This document shows positions 36,935 to 43,906 of a stretch of 43,934 bases of DNA, one piece after another. The position numbers and the translations under genes were made by a program. The DNA comes from a virus (lineage: Duplodnaviria > Caudoviricetes). The stretch's first letter is position 1, and every line of letters begins with the position of its first letter. The notes below the pieces were generated by a model that searched no databases, was not told where the DNA came from, and saw only the letters and a program-made list of their open reading frames with translations. The stretch covers positions 1-43,934 of IMG/VR virus record IMGVR_UViG_3300049070_000043; one strand, given 5' to 3'.

Positions 36935-37581
36935 GCCACCATCCCTTCTGTGATCAGAACTTTCTCACCTGATGGCGACCCGATCTTCCAGTAGAAGTCG
37001 AGGCCTGCCTTAACATACTTCATTCTGTCCTTGGCGGCAGCCCACGAGTAGTTCCAGTTCTGAGGGAACTGCATCGCACTGCCACCACACATCATGAAGT
37101 CGATTACGTTCTCTGCACAGTCGTCAATGAGCAGATGCTCCGGCTTGGCCATCATGAACTTATGCTTGCCAAGCATGATGTTAGCCTTAGGTAAGGCTGG
37201 GAGGTTGTGCCTAAGCCATCGCACCTTCTGTTCGTAGCAGCCGGGGTGAAGGCCAGGAGAGGTTGAGACGATGACGTTACCCTTGGACACATCGAGGCAC
37301 ATGTTCAGTAACTCGACAGCCCAGGGATACATCGGTAGGTCGAACCAGAAGCCATGAGTGGAGTCAATGTCCTCCCATAAGTCCTCAGTAGTGTAAGGAT
37401 AGCCAAGAAGCTTGGCTACCCAGTCCTCTATCTTGTATGGCCACGGTTTCGGGTAGTCGTTAGGTATCTGAGACAGGCTCAGACCGTGTAGCCTAAAGAC
37501 TCCCGTGAAGAAGTCAGCCAGGACTCCGTCCATGTCCAGAAGTATCACTGGCTTGTGTTGATTGCTGCTCGGAGGTTTCAT
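36931..37581 (-). CDS. HAD-family 5'(3')-deoxyribonucleotidase (NT5C-like)
   Basis: LLDMDGVLADF, FWFDLP, TSP, K..WL and LLIDD motifs. Confidence 0.88.
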   Translation of the reverse strand: MKPPSSNQHKPVILLDMDGVLADFFTGVFRLHGLSLSQIPNDYPKPWPYKIEDWVAKLLGYPYTTEDLWEDIDSTHGFWFDLPMYPWAVELLNMCLDVSKGNVIVSTSPGLHPGCYEQKVRWLRHNLPALPKANIMLGKHKFMMAKPEHLLIDDCAENVIDFMMCGGSAMQFPQNWNYSWAAAKDRMKYVKAGLDFYWKIGSPSGEKVLITEGMVA

Positions 37582-37628
37582 ACTTGATTCGACTCTTGAG
37601 TATGAGTCGCTTTGGTTTGGTGGTCCAG

Positions 37629-38660
37629 TCAGAATTGTGGATCATTTTCTGGATTTGCTCCAGATGTGAGATCGTCGAATCTTCCTGGATTTTCGGATTC
37701 GAATGGTCCTGCATCTAGGTCTCCTGGTGGTCGAAACCCCAGGAAGACAGGACAACGAGGAGCAGTCTTGACGCCATGGGGTTGGTATTTGTATTTTACC
37801 TTTTGGTATAGATAGGTTTGCTGATTCCGCCATATGTCCTCTCTGGTGGCATCGTCGAAGCCGGTCCCAATGTTAAACTGTATACCATTGTGCCCGACTA
37901 CTTTGAGTGCTCCTAGTGTGCCTGCTGGCACCATGTTTTCTTGATAGTCTGATCTCTCCGATAGACCTAATGCGTTCTTGGTTTGTTCATTCTGGTTACG
38001 CATTAGCTCCTCGAAGCCAATGACTGTTGCCTCAGCATCCTGGAACCTCTTGAGCTTTAGCAGCCAGTGTTGCTTGAATGTAGAACGGCCAAACTTATAT
38101 GGCCCATCCACATGTCTAAGCATTACTCCCTCGAACCCTTGCAATAAGACTGCCTCCTCGTAGGCAAGCAGCGCAGCCTCATCCTGTATGAGAACAGGGA
38201 GTAGTTTCCTGAGTCGAGTGTCCTCCGGAAATTTCATCTCATCCTTGAGCCATGCCACTCTGTCCCAATGGGGTCGTGGCTCAATGAGATCGAAGACGTG
38301 ATAGTAGAAGTCAGGAGTGCCGGCTTCCGACATGACCTTGGATTGAACAGTGTTGTAGTTGTCCATCTGTCCGTCTGTGTAGGTCACGATCTCACCATCA
38401 AGGCCAGTCAGGTTATAGCTGGCCAGAGTCTGCTGTATGTGCAGATTAGGGATGGGCAGTAGAACCCTACTTACTGCCTCCACGTTGGTCTTTGCGAACA
38501 GATCGTATATCTGCTTTTCCCTTGTTATGCACCTTATCCCGTCTACCTTGGGTGTTGCAAGTAGAGGATACTGTAGCAGACCTAGCTCTTTTATTTTGGC
38601 TGCGAGCATTGGCCTGAAGTCGGGACTCATCACGAACTGATTTCTGACTGTCATTACCAT
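37629..38660 (-). CDS. lig: ATP-dependent DNA ligase
   Basis: PMLA, KVDGIR (adenylated Lys), LDGEI, FDL, EGVMLR, LLKLK, IGTGF and PVFLGFR motifs. Confidence 0.93.
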   Translation of the reverse strand: MVMTVRNQFVMSPDFRPMLAAKIKELGLLQYPLLATPKVDGIRCITREKQIYDLFAKTNVEAVSRVLLPIPNLHIQQTLASYNLTGLDGEIVTYTDGQMDNYNTVQSKVMSEAGTPDFYYHVFDLIEPRPHWDRVAWLKDEMKFPEDTRLRKLLPVLIQDEAALLAYEEAVLLQGFEGVMLRHVDGPYKFGRSTFKQHWLLKLKRFQDAEATVIGFEELMRNQNEQTKNALGLSERSDYQENMVPAGTLGALKVVGHNGIQFNIGTGFDDATREDIWRNQQTYLYQKVKYKYQPHGVKTAPRCPVFLGFRPPGDLDAGPFESENPGRFDDLTSGANPENDPQF

Positions 38661-38853
38661 AAAACAAACGTTCTCCTGGATTCTTGTGGATTTGAGGGTG
38701 TAGCACGTGAACCTCTACCGGGGTGATCTTGTTCAGTTTCAGCCCATCTATGTAAAGGCTACCATGTTCGGCTGCAATACCGATATTGTATTCGACGCAC
38801 ACAGCCACGAGTCGTCGAAGGAATTCTCTTTGTCTTGGAGTTGTTAGCTTCAT
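38467..38853 (-). CDS. Hypothetical protein overlapping the ligase 5' end
   Basis: Starts 1 nt after the upstream stop (taatATG); 3' part overlaps ligase in another frame. Confidence 0.5.
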   Translation of the reverse strand: MKLTTPRQREFLRRLVAVCVEYNIGIAAEHGSLYIDGLKLNKITPVEVHVLHPQIHKNPGERLFYGNDSQKSVRDESRLQANARSQNKRARSATVSSTCNTQGRRDKVHNKGKADIRSVRKDQRGGSK

Positions 38854-38854
38854 A

Positions 38855-39277
38855 TTACCGTGTCGGAGGTCGACGCCTGAGGGTTTTCACTCTGTTAGTC
38901 CTCGTTTCCACCCACTTGCCGCTCTTGTATCCAAGCTGCCTGGTGGGAGGAATGGCCAGCAGCAAGACCTTACAAGGTGCTGCCCTACCAGCGTGAGTGT
39001 CAAAGAAGTAGACCTGCTTCCTGGCCATCTGGCTCAGTCGATAGCGTCGAGCACGACTAGCAGTCTCTCCTATGAGGACTATCTCGCAGCCCACATCTAC
39101 CCACCTGGCATTACACTGTCTCTTGATGGCCCGAGCGATGACGCATTGCTGATGATCCTTGCAGACAGCATGCTTGATGTCTTCTGGATCGACCGTTATT
39201 ACTTTATCGTGGCGTGAGTCTTTGACCCTTACGCCACGTTGCTTATATACTATCGTTGCGTTTGTTCTTGGTTTCAT
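38855..39277 (-). CDS. Phage hypothetical protein
   Basis: ITVDPEDI..A..KD...CVIARAIKR..FFD pattern; start at 39277 chosen because the upstream part forms a long hairpin. Confidence 0.65.
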   Translation of the reverse strand: MKPRTNATIVYKQRGVRVKDSRHDKVITVDPEDIKHAVCKDHQQCVIARAIKRQCNARWVDVGCEIVLIGETASRARRYRLSQMARKQVYFFDTHAGRAAPCKVLLLAIPPTRQLGYKSGKWVETRTNRVKTLRRRPPTR

Positions 39278-39301
39278 AGTTCTATTTGGTTCTTTGGTGT
39301 T

Positions 39302-39415
39302 CATAACTGATGTCGCGCACTGTGTAGGGCTTGCTCCGTCTCCTCGTGATAGTGATTCGGACTTATCACAGGTGCTGACAAGCGTTCCCATATTCAGTGC
39401 GCGAAATTAGCTATG
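39302..39415 (-). other. Long rod-like intergenic RNA hairpin (RNase III site or ncRNA candidate)
   Basis: Nested inverted repeats 39313-39322/39395-39404, 39329-39333/39379-39383 and 39346-39351/39364-39369. Confidence 0.55.
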
Positions 39416-39827
39416 GTGAACTAGGTCGGTTAGTTGGTCCAGTCTGACCTCCACCAGTCGTGAAGCCATTAGTAATGTGCCAGCGATCATCATAGATGTT
39501 CGTGGACATACGGAATTGTGAGTCGTCGTTAGGATAATTACCATGGTAATGCCAGAACCAGTTCGTCGTATAGTTCACTGGATCAGCTTGGAGGATGCCC
39601 CGATAAGACCACGGAGTATCGTTACTCAGGTATGGACTGAACGAGTAAGTCCACTGCATGTAGACTGTAACGTTAGTCGGCATGGGTGGAAGCCAATATT
39701 TCATCCAGAAGTAGCCGCCGACCGGGTCGTTGGTTGCCAGCAGGAAGCCTCCACAGTTGGGAGTCTGCGCACGCAGTAGTAACGGAATCAACAGCACTAA
39801 CAGTAGACTGCATTTTGGTAGTTTCAT
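39411..39827 (-). CDS. Secreted TN-rich protein
   Basis: Start at 39827 (ATGA overlap) gives signal peptide MKLPKCSLLLVLLIPLLLRA/Q; 6 TN dipeptides in 138 aa. Confidence 0.7.
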   Translation of the reverse strand: MKLPKCSLLLVLLIPLLLRAQTPNCGGFLLATNDPVGGYFWMKYWLPPMPTNVTVYMQWTYSFSPYLSNDTPWSYRGILQADPVNYTTNWFWHYHGNYPNDDSQFRMSTNIYDDRWHITNGFTTGGGQTGPTNRPSSP

Positions 39828-40162
39828 GTTTCCTTTCTTTGTTGCTTTTCTTCCATGATGCTGTATAGCACCATGAAATCTGTTACGGTCTTGAGAGCCG
39901 GAGTGAGGATGGATTCCCACTTGGTGTGGACTTCCTGGACAAACGCCTGTATCTTGTCATTGTAACAGTCGAATGTTACTTTGGCAGGACTAGACGTGAC
40001 GGAGATGTTACAGAGGCAATGCTCTGTCTCGAATCTGAATGGTATTAGATCTGCTCTAACACCTATCTGTATCTTTTCAATCCATTCAGGATCAAACTGG
40101 TAGAGGAGTGTGACTCTGCTTGAATCACTGCCATGGCCCTCCACTTGGTATTGTAGTTTCAC
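39824..40162 (-). CDS. Hypothetical protein
   Basis: 112 aa ORF in the tightly packed minus-strand series. Confidence 0.6.
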   Translation of the reverse strand: MKLQYQVEGHGSDSSRVTLLYQFDPEWIEKIQIGVRADLIPFRFETEHCLCNISVTSSPAKVTFDCYNDKIQAFVQEVHTKWESILTPALKTVTDFMVLYSIMEEKQQRKET

Positions 40163-40595
40163 TTGGTTCCTTATCGAAGTGGCTAAGTTCGATGATTCTG
40201 ATTGCGTCTAATTCGGTGGGGTAATGGCCCACAGGTTCTTCACCATCGGTGGATATGCCCCATCCACCCATCCGATTTCGAACAGCTTTCGCCCTCATGA
40301 TCTTAGTTCTTCGTTCTTGTTCGATTCGTGCACGGTGCTCGCTAGGAGACTCGACCTGGATACACCCCAGTCGAACTAGTAGCCTTTGGTGATAGCTCAA
40401 GACCTTTGAGACCGTGCTCTTGGTTTCTAGAACCCTGGCTAAGGTCTTGATTAACTCGAAACGGTTGACCGGAGTGTGCCTCTCGACAGCATTAAGGATA
40501 GCTTGAGCTTGCGGCTCAAGGTCGCAGTCGGGGCGCTTCAGGAAAGTGTATATCCGGCGGTTCGCCTTATTGAATTTAGGCTGATCGTCTTCCAT
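40125..40595 (-). CDS. Hypothetical protein, possible winged-helix N-terminal domain
   Basis: 156 aa; helix-turn-helix-like QAILNAV..PVNRFELIKTL..SKVLSYHQRLLVRLGCI; promoter upstream. Confidence 0.6.
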   Translation of the reverse strand: MEDDQPKFNKANRRIYTFLKRPDCDLEPQAQAILNAVERHTPVNRFELIKTLARVLETKSTVSKVLSYHQRLLVRLGCIQVESPSEHRARIEQERRTKIMRAKAVRNRMGGWGISTDGEEPVGHYPTELDAIRIIELSHFDKEPSETTIPSGGPWQ

Positions 40596-40627
40596 ACGTT
40601 CTTCGTGTTCTGGCCAACATACGCGTG

Positions 40628-40656
40628 AGTTTGCCCCGTAAATCGCTCGAAGTCAA
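40628..40656 (-). promoter_or_regulatory. Sigma70-like promoter
   Basis: Minus strand TTGACT-17 nt-CAAACT with an AT-rich upstream element. Confidence 0.55.
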
Positions 40657-40691
40657 GCATTAAACAAAATTATTTTATCCGATTGCCGGAG

Positions 40692-40889
40692 CTAACTGAG
40701 AAGGTGATCATAGTTTAATAGTGTGGCATCTGAGATCAGGGAACTGACTTCATCCCGTATCTTTCTCGTGATGCGAGCGTCGATGAACAGAGAAGCTAAT
40801 CCAACACGCGCTGCTATCTGCCAGTGGACTGTGTGTTTGCAAACCTGGATTAGCTGGAGCAGGTGGATAATAGCCGTCTCTTTGTTCAT
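40692..40889 (-). CDS. Hypothetical protein
   Basis: 65 aa; ATGA overlap with upstream ORF. Confidence 0.6.
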   Translation of the reverse strand: MNKETAIIHLLQLIQVCKHTVHWQIAARVGLASLFIDARITRKIRDEVSSLISDATLLNYDHLLS

Positions 40890-41101
40890 AGGCTAGACAC
40901 TGTGAGGTTTGGTTTTGCCTGCTTGAGTAGATCAATGAACTCATCCTTTGCCTCCTCTGATGCAAAGTAGATGACGCAGGGATACTTGTTCATATCCTTA
41001 GGCAGACTGCCGGCCACCTTCTGTAGTTCGGCTACCTGGGCCTTGAGACGTTCGTTCTCCTCGCGGAGATAGTTCATTGCGTTGGCTTCTTTAGCGTTCA
41101 T
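40886..41101 (-). CDS. Hypothetical protein
   Basis: 71 aa; coiled-coil N-terminus; ATGA overlaps. Confidence 0.65.
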   Translation of the reverse strand: MNAKEANAMNYLREENERLKAQVAELQKVAGSLPKDMNKYPCVIYFASEEAKDEFIDLLKQAKPNLTVSSL

Positions 41102-41499
41102 AGTTTCACTCCTAATGCTCCAACAATCTCCTCTTTGTGATTCCAGGAGAGCTTGTCTATGTTCTTCTGTATTCTAAACCAGGAGACGATTGTCTCTGGC
41201 TCAACCTTTTCCAGGTCCAGTGGCTTCTTGCCTCTGGCCTGTTCCTTTAGTCCAACAGGGTATCCAGCCTTGCGCATACGCTGGTTGATACGCTGTATCT
41301 TTAGTATCACATACTTGCGAGACTCCATCCAATCCTGGTGCTTGTGATACAGTGATTCTTTGAACCAGGGAAACTGGACGATAAGATGTTCTAGTATCTC
41401 CTCGCTGGTGAACCTGGGCTTTGCCTGTTCGTCCAGTATGAGATGCTTTTCAATCTCCTCGTTTATTTTTCGGTTTTGCTGTCGTTCTATTGGTTTCAT
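41098..41499 (-). CDS. Hypothetical protein
   Basis: 133 aa basic ORF; atATG start; ATGA overlap. Confidence 0.65.
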   Translation of the reverse strand: MKPIERQQNRKINEEIEKHLILDEQAKPRFTSEEILEHLIVQFPWFKESLYHKHQDWMESRKYVILKIQRINQRMRKAGYPVGLKEQARGKKPLDLEKVEPETIVSWFRIQKNIDKLSWNHKEEIVGALGVKL

Positions 41500-41728
41500 A
41501 TATGTCCATTAGTGCTGCTACTCCTGATGGTAGCTGTGCTAGGTCCAGCCATTCTAGAGTCATAACCATTGCTCTTTCATCTACTGGTATACCAATAGGA
41601 ACATGTGACGCAACAAGCTGGTTACCTCCTCCCTCGAAGAACTGCCAGAAGCTCATGGTTAACAGGTCGGACCTGCTGTTGGGTCTGGATACTACCACCC
41701 ACCGTTTGACTAGCTTGGCCTGCTTCAT
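41450..41728 (-). CDS. Hypothetical protein
   Basis: 92 aa; ATGA overlap with upstream ORF. Confidence 0.55.
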   Translation of the reverse strand: MKQAKLVKRWVVVSRPNSRSDLLTMSFWQFFEGGGNQLVASHVPIGIPVDERAMVMTLEWLDLAQLPSGVAALMDIYETNRTTAKPKNKRGD

Positions 41729-42051
41729 TTGTGTGCCAGTAGTTCGTGTATTGCGGTTTCGCCCTTTGCCAACTGCATGTATACATCATATTTGATGTGT
41801 GCCGGGTCTGCCATCTGCAGTGACCAGATGATATCAATGAGACGGTCTCTCTTCTCCTCGACATTGGAGTAGACTCTGCGAATAAGCATTTCCTTGAGGT
41901 CGTGCTCGATGTAGTTCTTGGCATCTGGGTGCCTGTTTAATACGTGTGGTGCTACATGCATGGATGCCTGGAACTCGACGGTTGCCTGGGCTGTCCACTC
42001 CTTATTAGCTCCTTGTGTCCAAGTTACCTTAATGTCCTCTCTTCTGATCAT
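41725..42051 (-). CDS. Hypothetical protein
   Basis: 108 aa; first gene after the conserved 42076-42124 motif. Confidence 0.65.
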   Translation of the reverse strand: MIRREDIKVTWTQGANKEWTAQATVEFQASMHVAPHVLNRHPDAKNYIEHDLKEMLIRRVYSNVEEKRDRLIDIIWSLQMADPAHIKYDVYMQLAKGETAIHELLAHK

Positions 42052-42075
42052 ATAGTTCCTTTTCTCATGCTACGG

Positions 42076-42124
42076 TTGCTGACTTTTTTGGCCTATGGTT
42101 TGACCTAGGGCGACCCCTAAAAAC
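42076..42124 (-). promoter_or_regulatory. Putative phage-specific promoter/operator, copy 2
   Basis: Matches 27458-27505; both copies have several A/T tracts upstream. Confidence 0.6.
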
Positions 42125-42221
42125 TCCGCTTGGGCCAATTTTGCGCGATTTTTTGCGAGCCAAAAACGGGATGGGCTAGTGCGAGACTGCCAAATATAGT
42201 GAATCATAGTTCTGATAATGA

Positions 42222-42253
42222 AGATGCCCCGGATCACTAGACCCGAGGCATCT
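42222..42253 (-). terminator. Terminator-like hairpin ending the first early operon
   Basis: Minus strand AGATGCCTCGGGTC-tagt-GATCCGGGGCATCT (14 bp including 2 G-U) followed by TCATT. Confidence 0.65.
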
Positions 42254-42274
42254 GATGTTGTGTGTTAGTGGCTG

Positions 42275-42412
42275 CTAGTTATATCCGAACGTGGCTTCCA
42301 TGGCAACCTTCCATCCCATGTGGCACCAGTCCATGTCGACGAACCAGTTGGAACAATGGCCGCAGTTGCAGAGACTGAGGGTTAGATACGGCATAGGGAT
42401 GAGGCAGATCAT
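42275..42412 (-). CDS. Small Cys-rich protein (45 aa, not in ORF track)
   Basis: MICLIPMPYLTLSLCNCGHCSNWFVDMDWCHMGWKVAMEATFGYN; ATGA overlap with upstream gene; ends just before the terminator. Confidence 0.5.
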   Translation of the reverse strand: MICLIPMPYLTLSLCNCGHCSNWFVDMDWCHMGWKVAMEATFGYN

Positions 42413-42714
42413 ATCCACCCCATCTTGATGATACCTAGCCAGACTGAAAGCATGGCCAGGTCGCGTTGGTATTCTCGGTCACCATCAGCTGGCATGGGTT
42501 CCGAATTGACGAAGTCCCTGTGCTCCTTGGCTTGGTCGTAGGCTTTCTGAGCCACAATACCGATCCTGATGGAGCGATCAGAGCCAATCCTGTCCAGGCC
42601 AGCAATGGTCTTCTCGATGTGTGCTTCCAATTCTTCTACTGGTATGTCTGCCATGAAGCAGAGAGCCGTGAACTGGCTTACCAGAGTATCTACGGTAGTT
42701 GCGCGCGTGTTCAT
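42409..42714 (-). CDS. Hypothetical protein
   Basis: 101 aa; ATGA overlaps. Confidence 0.65.
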   Translation of the reverse strand: MNTRATTVDTLVSQFTALCFMADIPVEELEAHIEKTIAGLDRIGSDRSIRIGIVAQKAYDQAKEHRDFVNSEPMPADGDREYQRDLAMLSVWLGIIKMGWI

Positions 42715-42926
42715 ATGTCAATGTGTTTAGGGTTCACGTCGCAACGGACCTGGATACGGAGAGTAGGTGTGATGTATCGCACCTTGTGACCTTGTTCCTC
42801 CCAATGCCCCTGACCAAAAGAAAAAGAGGCAAACGTGGTCGTGAGAGCCTCTTCAATCAGGTCATATGCTGCCTTCTTGGCAGATGCCAGAGTTGATCTG
42901 GTTATGTGGACGCGGATCATTTTCAT
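42711..42926 (-). CDS. Hypothetical protein
   Basis: 71 aa in the early operon. Confidence 0.6.
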   Translation of the reverse strand: MKMIRVHITRSTLASAKKAAYDLIEEALTTTFASFSFGQGHWEEQGHKVRYITPTLRIQVRCDVNPKHIDI

Positions 42927-42931
42927 GGCTG

Positions 42932-43111
42932 TTAGAAATAGACCGAGATGAAATGGGCCACGCAGTTATTAACACAGTAATCCCTAAGCTGCTGGTCAGT
43001 GTAGGGGTCGAATGTGTGCTTGTCCACCGTAGTCCCATTGTGGGATATGGTGTGGCAGAATTCGGCAAACTCTACGAGTTGCCTACGGTCGAGGTCATAC
43101 AGTTTCTTCAT
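42932..43111 (-). CDS. Hypothetical protein (59 aa, not in ORF track)
   Basis: MKKLYDLDRRQLVEFAEFCHT...HFISVYF; agaacatATG start as in other genes; directly downstream of the ribozyme. Confidence 0.6.
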   Translation of the reverse strand: MKKLYDLDRRQLVEFAEFCHTISHNGTTVDKHTFDPYTDQQLRDYCVNNCVAHFISVYF

Positions 43112-43132
43112 ATGTTCTTTCTATGTTCTACA

Positions 43133-43200
43133 TCGAGCTTTCTCGTCAGTGACCCTTGCTCAAGGAGTCAGACAGCCCTTGGTAGGGCTGTTTCGAATTG
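43133..43200 (-). ncRNA. Type II hammerhead ribozyme
   Basis: Minus strand UUC-GAAA-CAGCCCU(ACCA)AGGGCUG-UC^-UGACUCCUU(GAGC)AAGGGUCA-CUGACGA-GAA: complete core, GUC triplet, stems I and III closed, stem II open. Confidence 0.85.
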
Positions 43201-43201
43201 G

Positions 43202-43711
43202 TTAGCTGAGGGCCTTCAGGATGGTGGTGCGCTGATCCCCGGTCAGGGACTCGATGTTTTCATCCTTGCCGAACCATTCCACGATGCGAGTGTTGGTCAG
43301 ATTGAAACCCTGGGCCGACGCCTTGTAACCGAACGTGCCTTTCGGGTGAACCAGAGCGCCTTTCTCGTTGGTGAGCTTCTCGAGATGCTGCTTGCGAGCC
43401 TGGATTTTCTTGATCTCGTTCTGGTCCCACTTGGGTTCAGTCTGGTCAACCAGGTTGTTCTCTGCCAGCCTGTTGCAGATGTCACGAGTGGTCCAGCGGA
43501 AACCCTTGCCGTCTTCGGCCTTTTCTTTGAGCATCGTGTCGATGATCAAGAACCGCTCATCCCGCTTGCCGACAGTCTCCTTGCGCTTCTCTTTGAGCTG
43601 TTTCTGGAGAGCCTGGAGCTGTTCAGGAGTGAGCTTGGCCAGGTCGATGCCGCCATTATCGGTGGATTTGGCAGGGGTCGCTGCGGTTTTGGTAGTTTTA
43701 GCTGTAGCCAT
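43202..43711 (-). CDS. Early hypothetical protein, paralog of 1058-1531
   Basis: 169 aa; Lys/Thr/Ala-rich N-terminal tail; shares motifs with 1058-1531. Confidence 0.85.
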   Translation of the reverse strand: MATAKTTKTAATPAKSTDNGGIDLAKLTPEQLQALQKQLKEKRKETVGKRDERFLIIDTMLKEKAEDGKGFRWTTRDICNRLAENNLVDQTEPKWDQNEIKKIQARKQHLEKLTNEKGALVHPKGTFGYKASAQGFNLTNTRIVEWFGKDENIESLTGDQRTTILKALS

Positions 43712-43883
43712 ATTATTCTGCTTTCTTTCAGTGTTCTGCGTTTATGTTCTTGGAGGTCTAGTCCAGGTCGTTCTGGCCCTAGTGCCCTCGATCGACCTAC
43801 CTTTGCTATAGTGTCGCGCAAAAGTCAAGTAAATAATGCAAAAAATGGGCTGAATCGGTGCATGGCTCGCGGAATCGTAGGTA

Positions 43884-43906
43884 AGGGTGAAAAATTGGGA
43901 AGTGAA
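43884..43906 (+). repeat. Copy of the left-end repeat motif
   Basis: AGGGTGAAAAATTGggAAGTGAA versus AGGGTGAAAAATTGcggcAAGTGAA at 496-520. Confidence 0.65.

Noticed and set aside
39307-39406. Second hammerhead on the plus strand (CTGATG...GAAA)
   Set aside because: Core reads CUGAUGU rather than CUGANGA, no stems I/III or cleavage triplet found, and it is antisense to local genes.
43799-43828. Sigma70 promoter for the 43711 gene
   Set aside because: TTGACT is present but the -10 position (CAAAGG or AAAGGT) is too poor to call.
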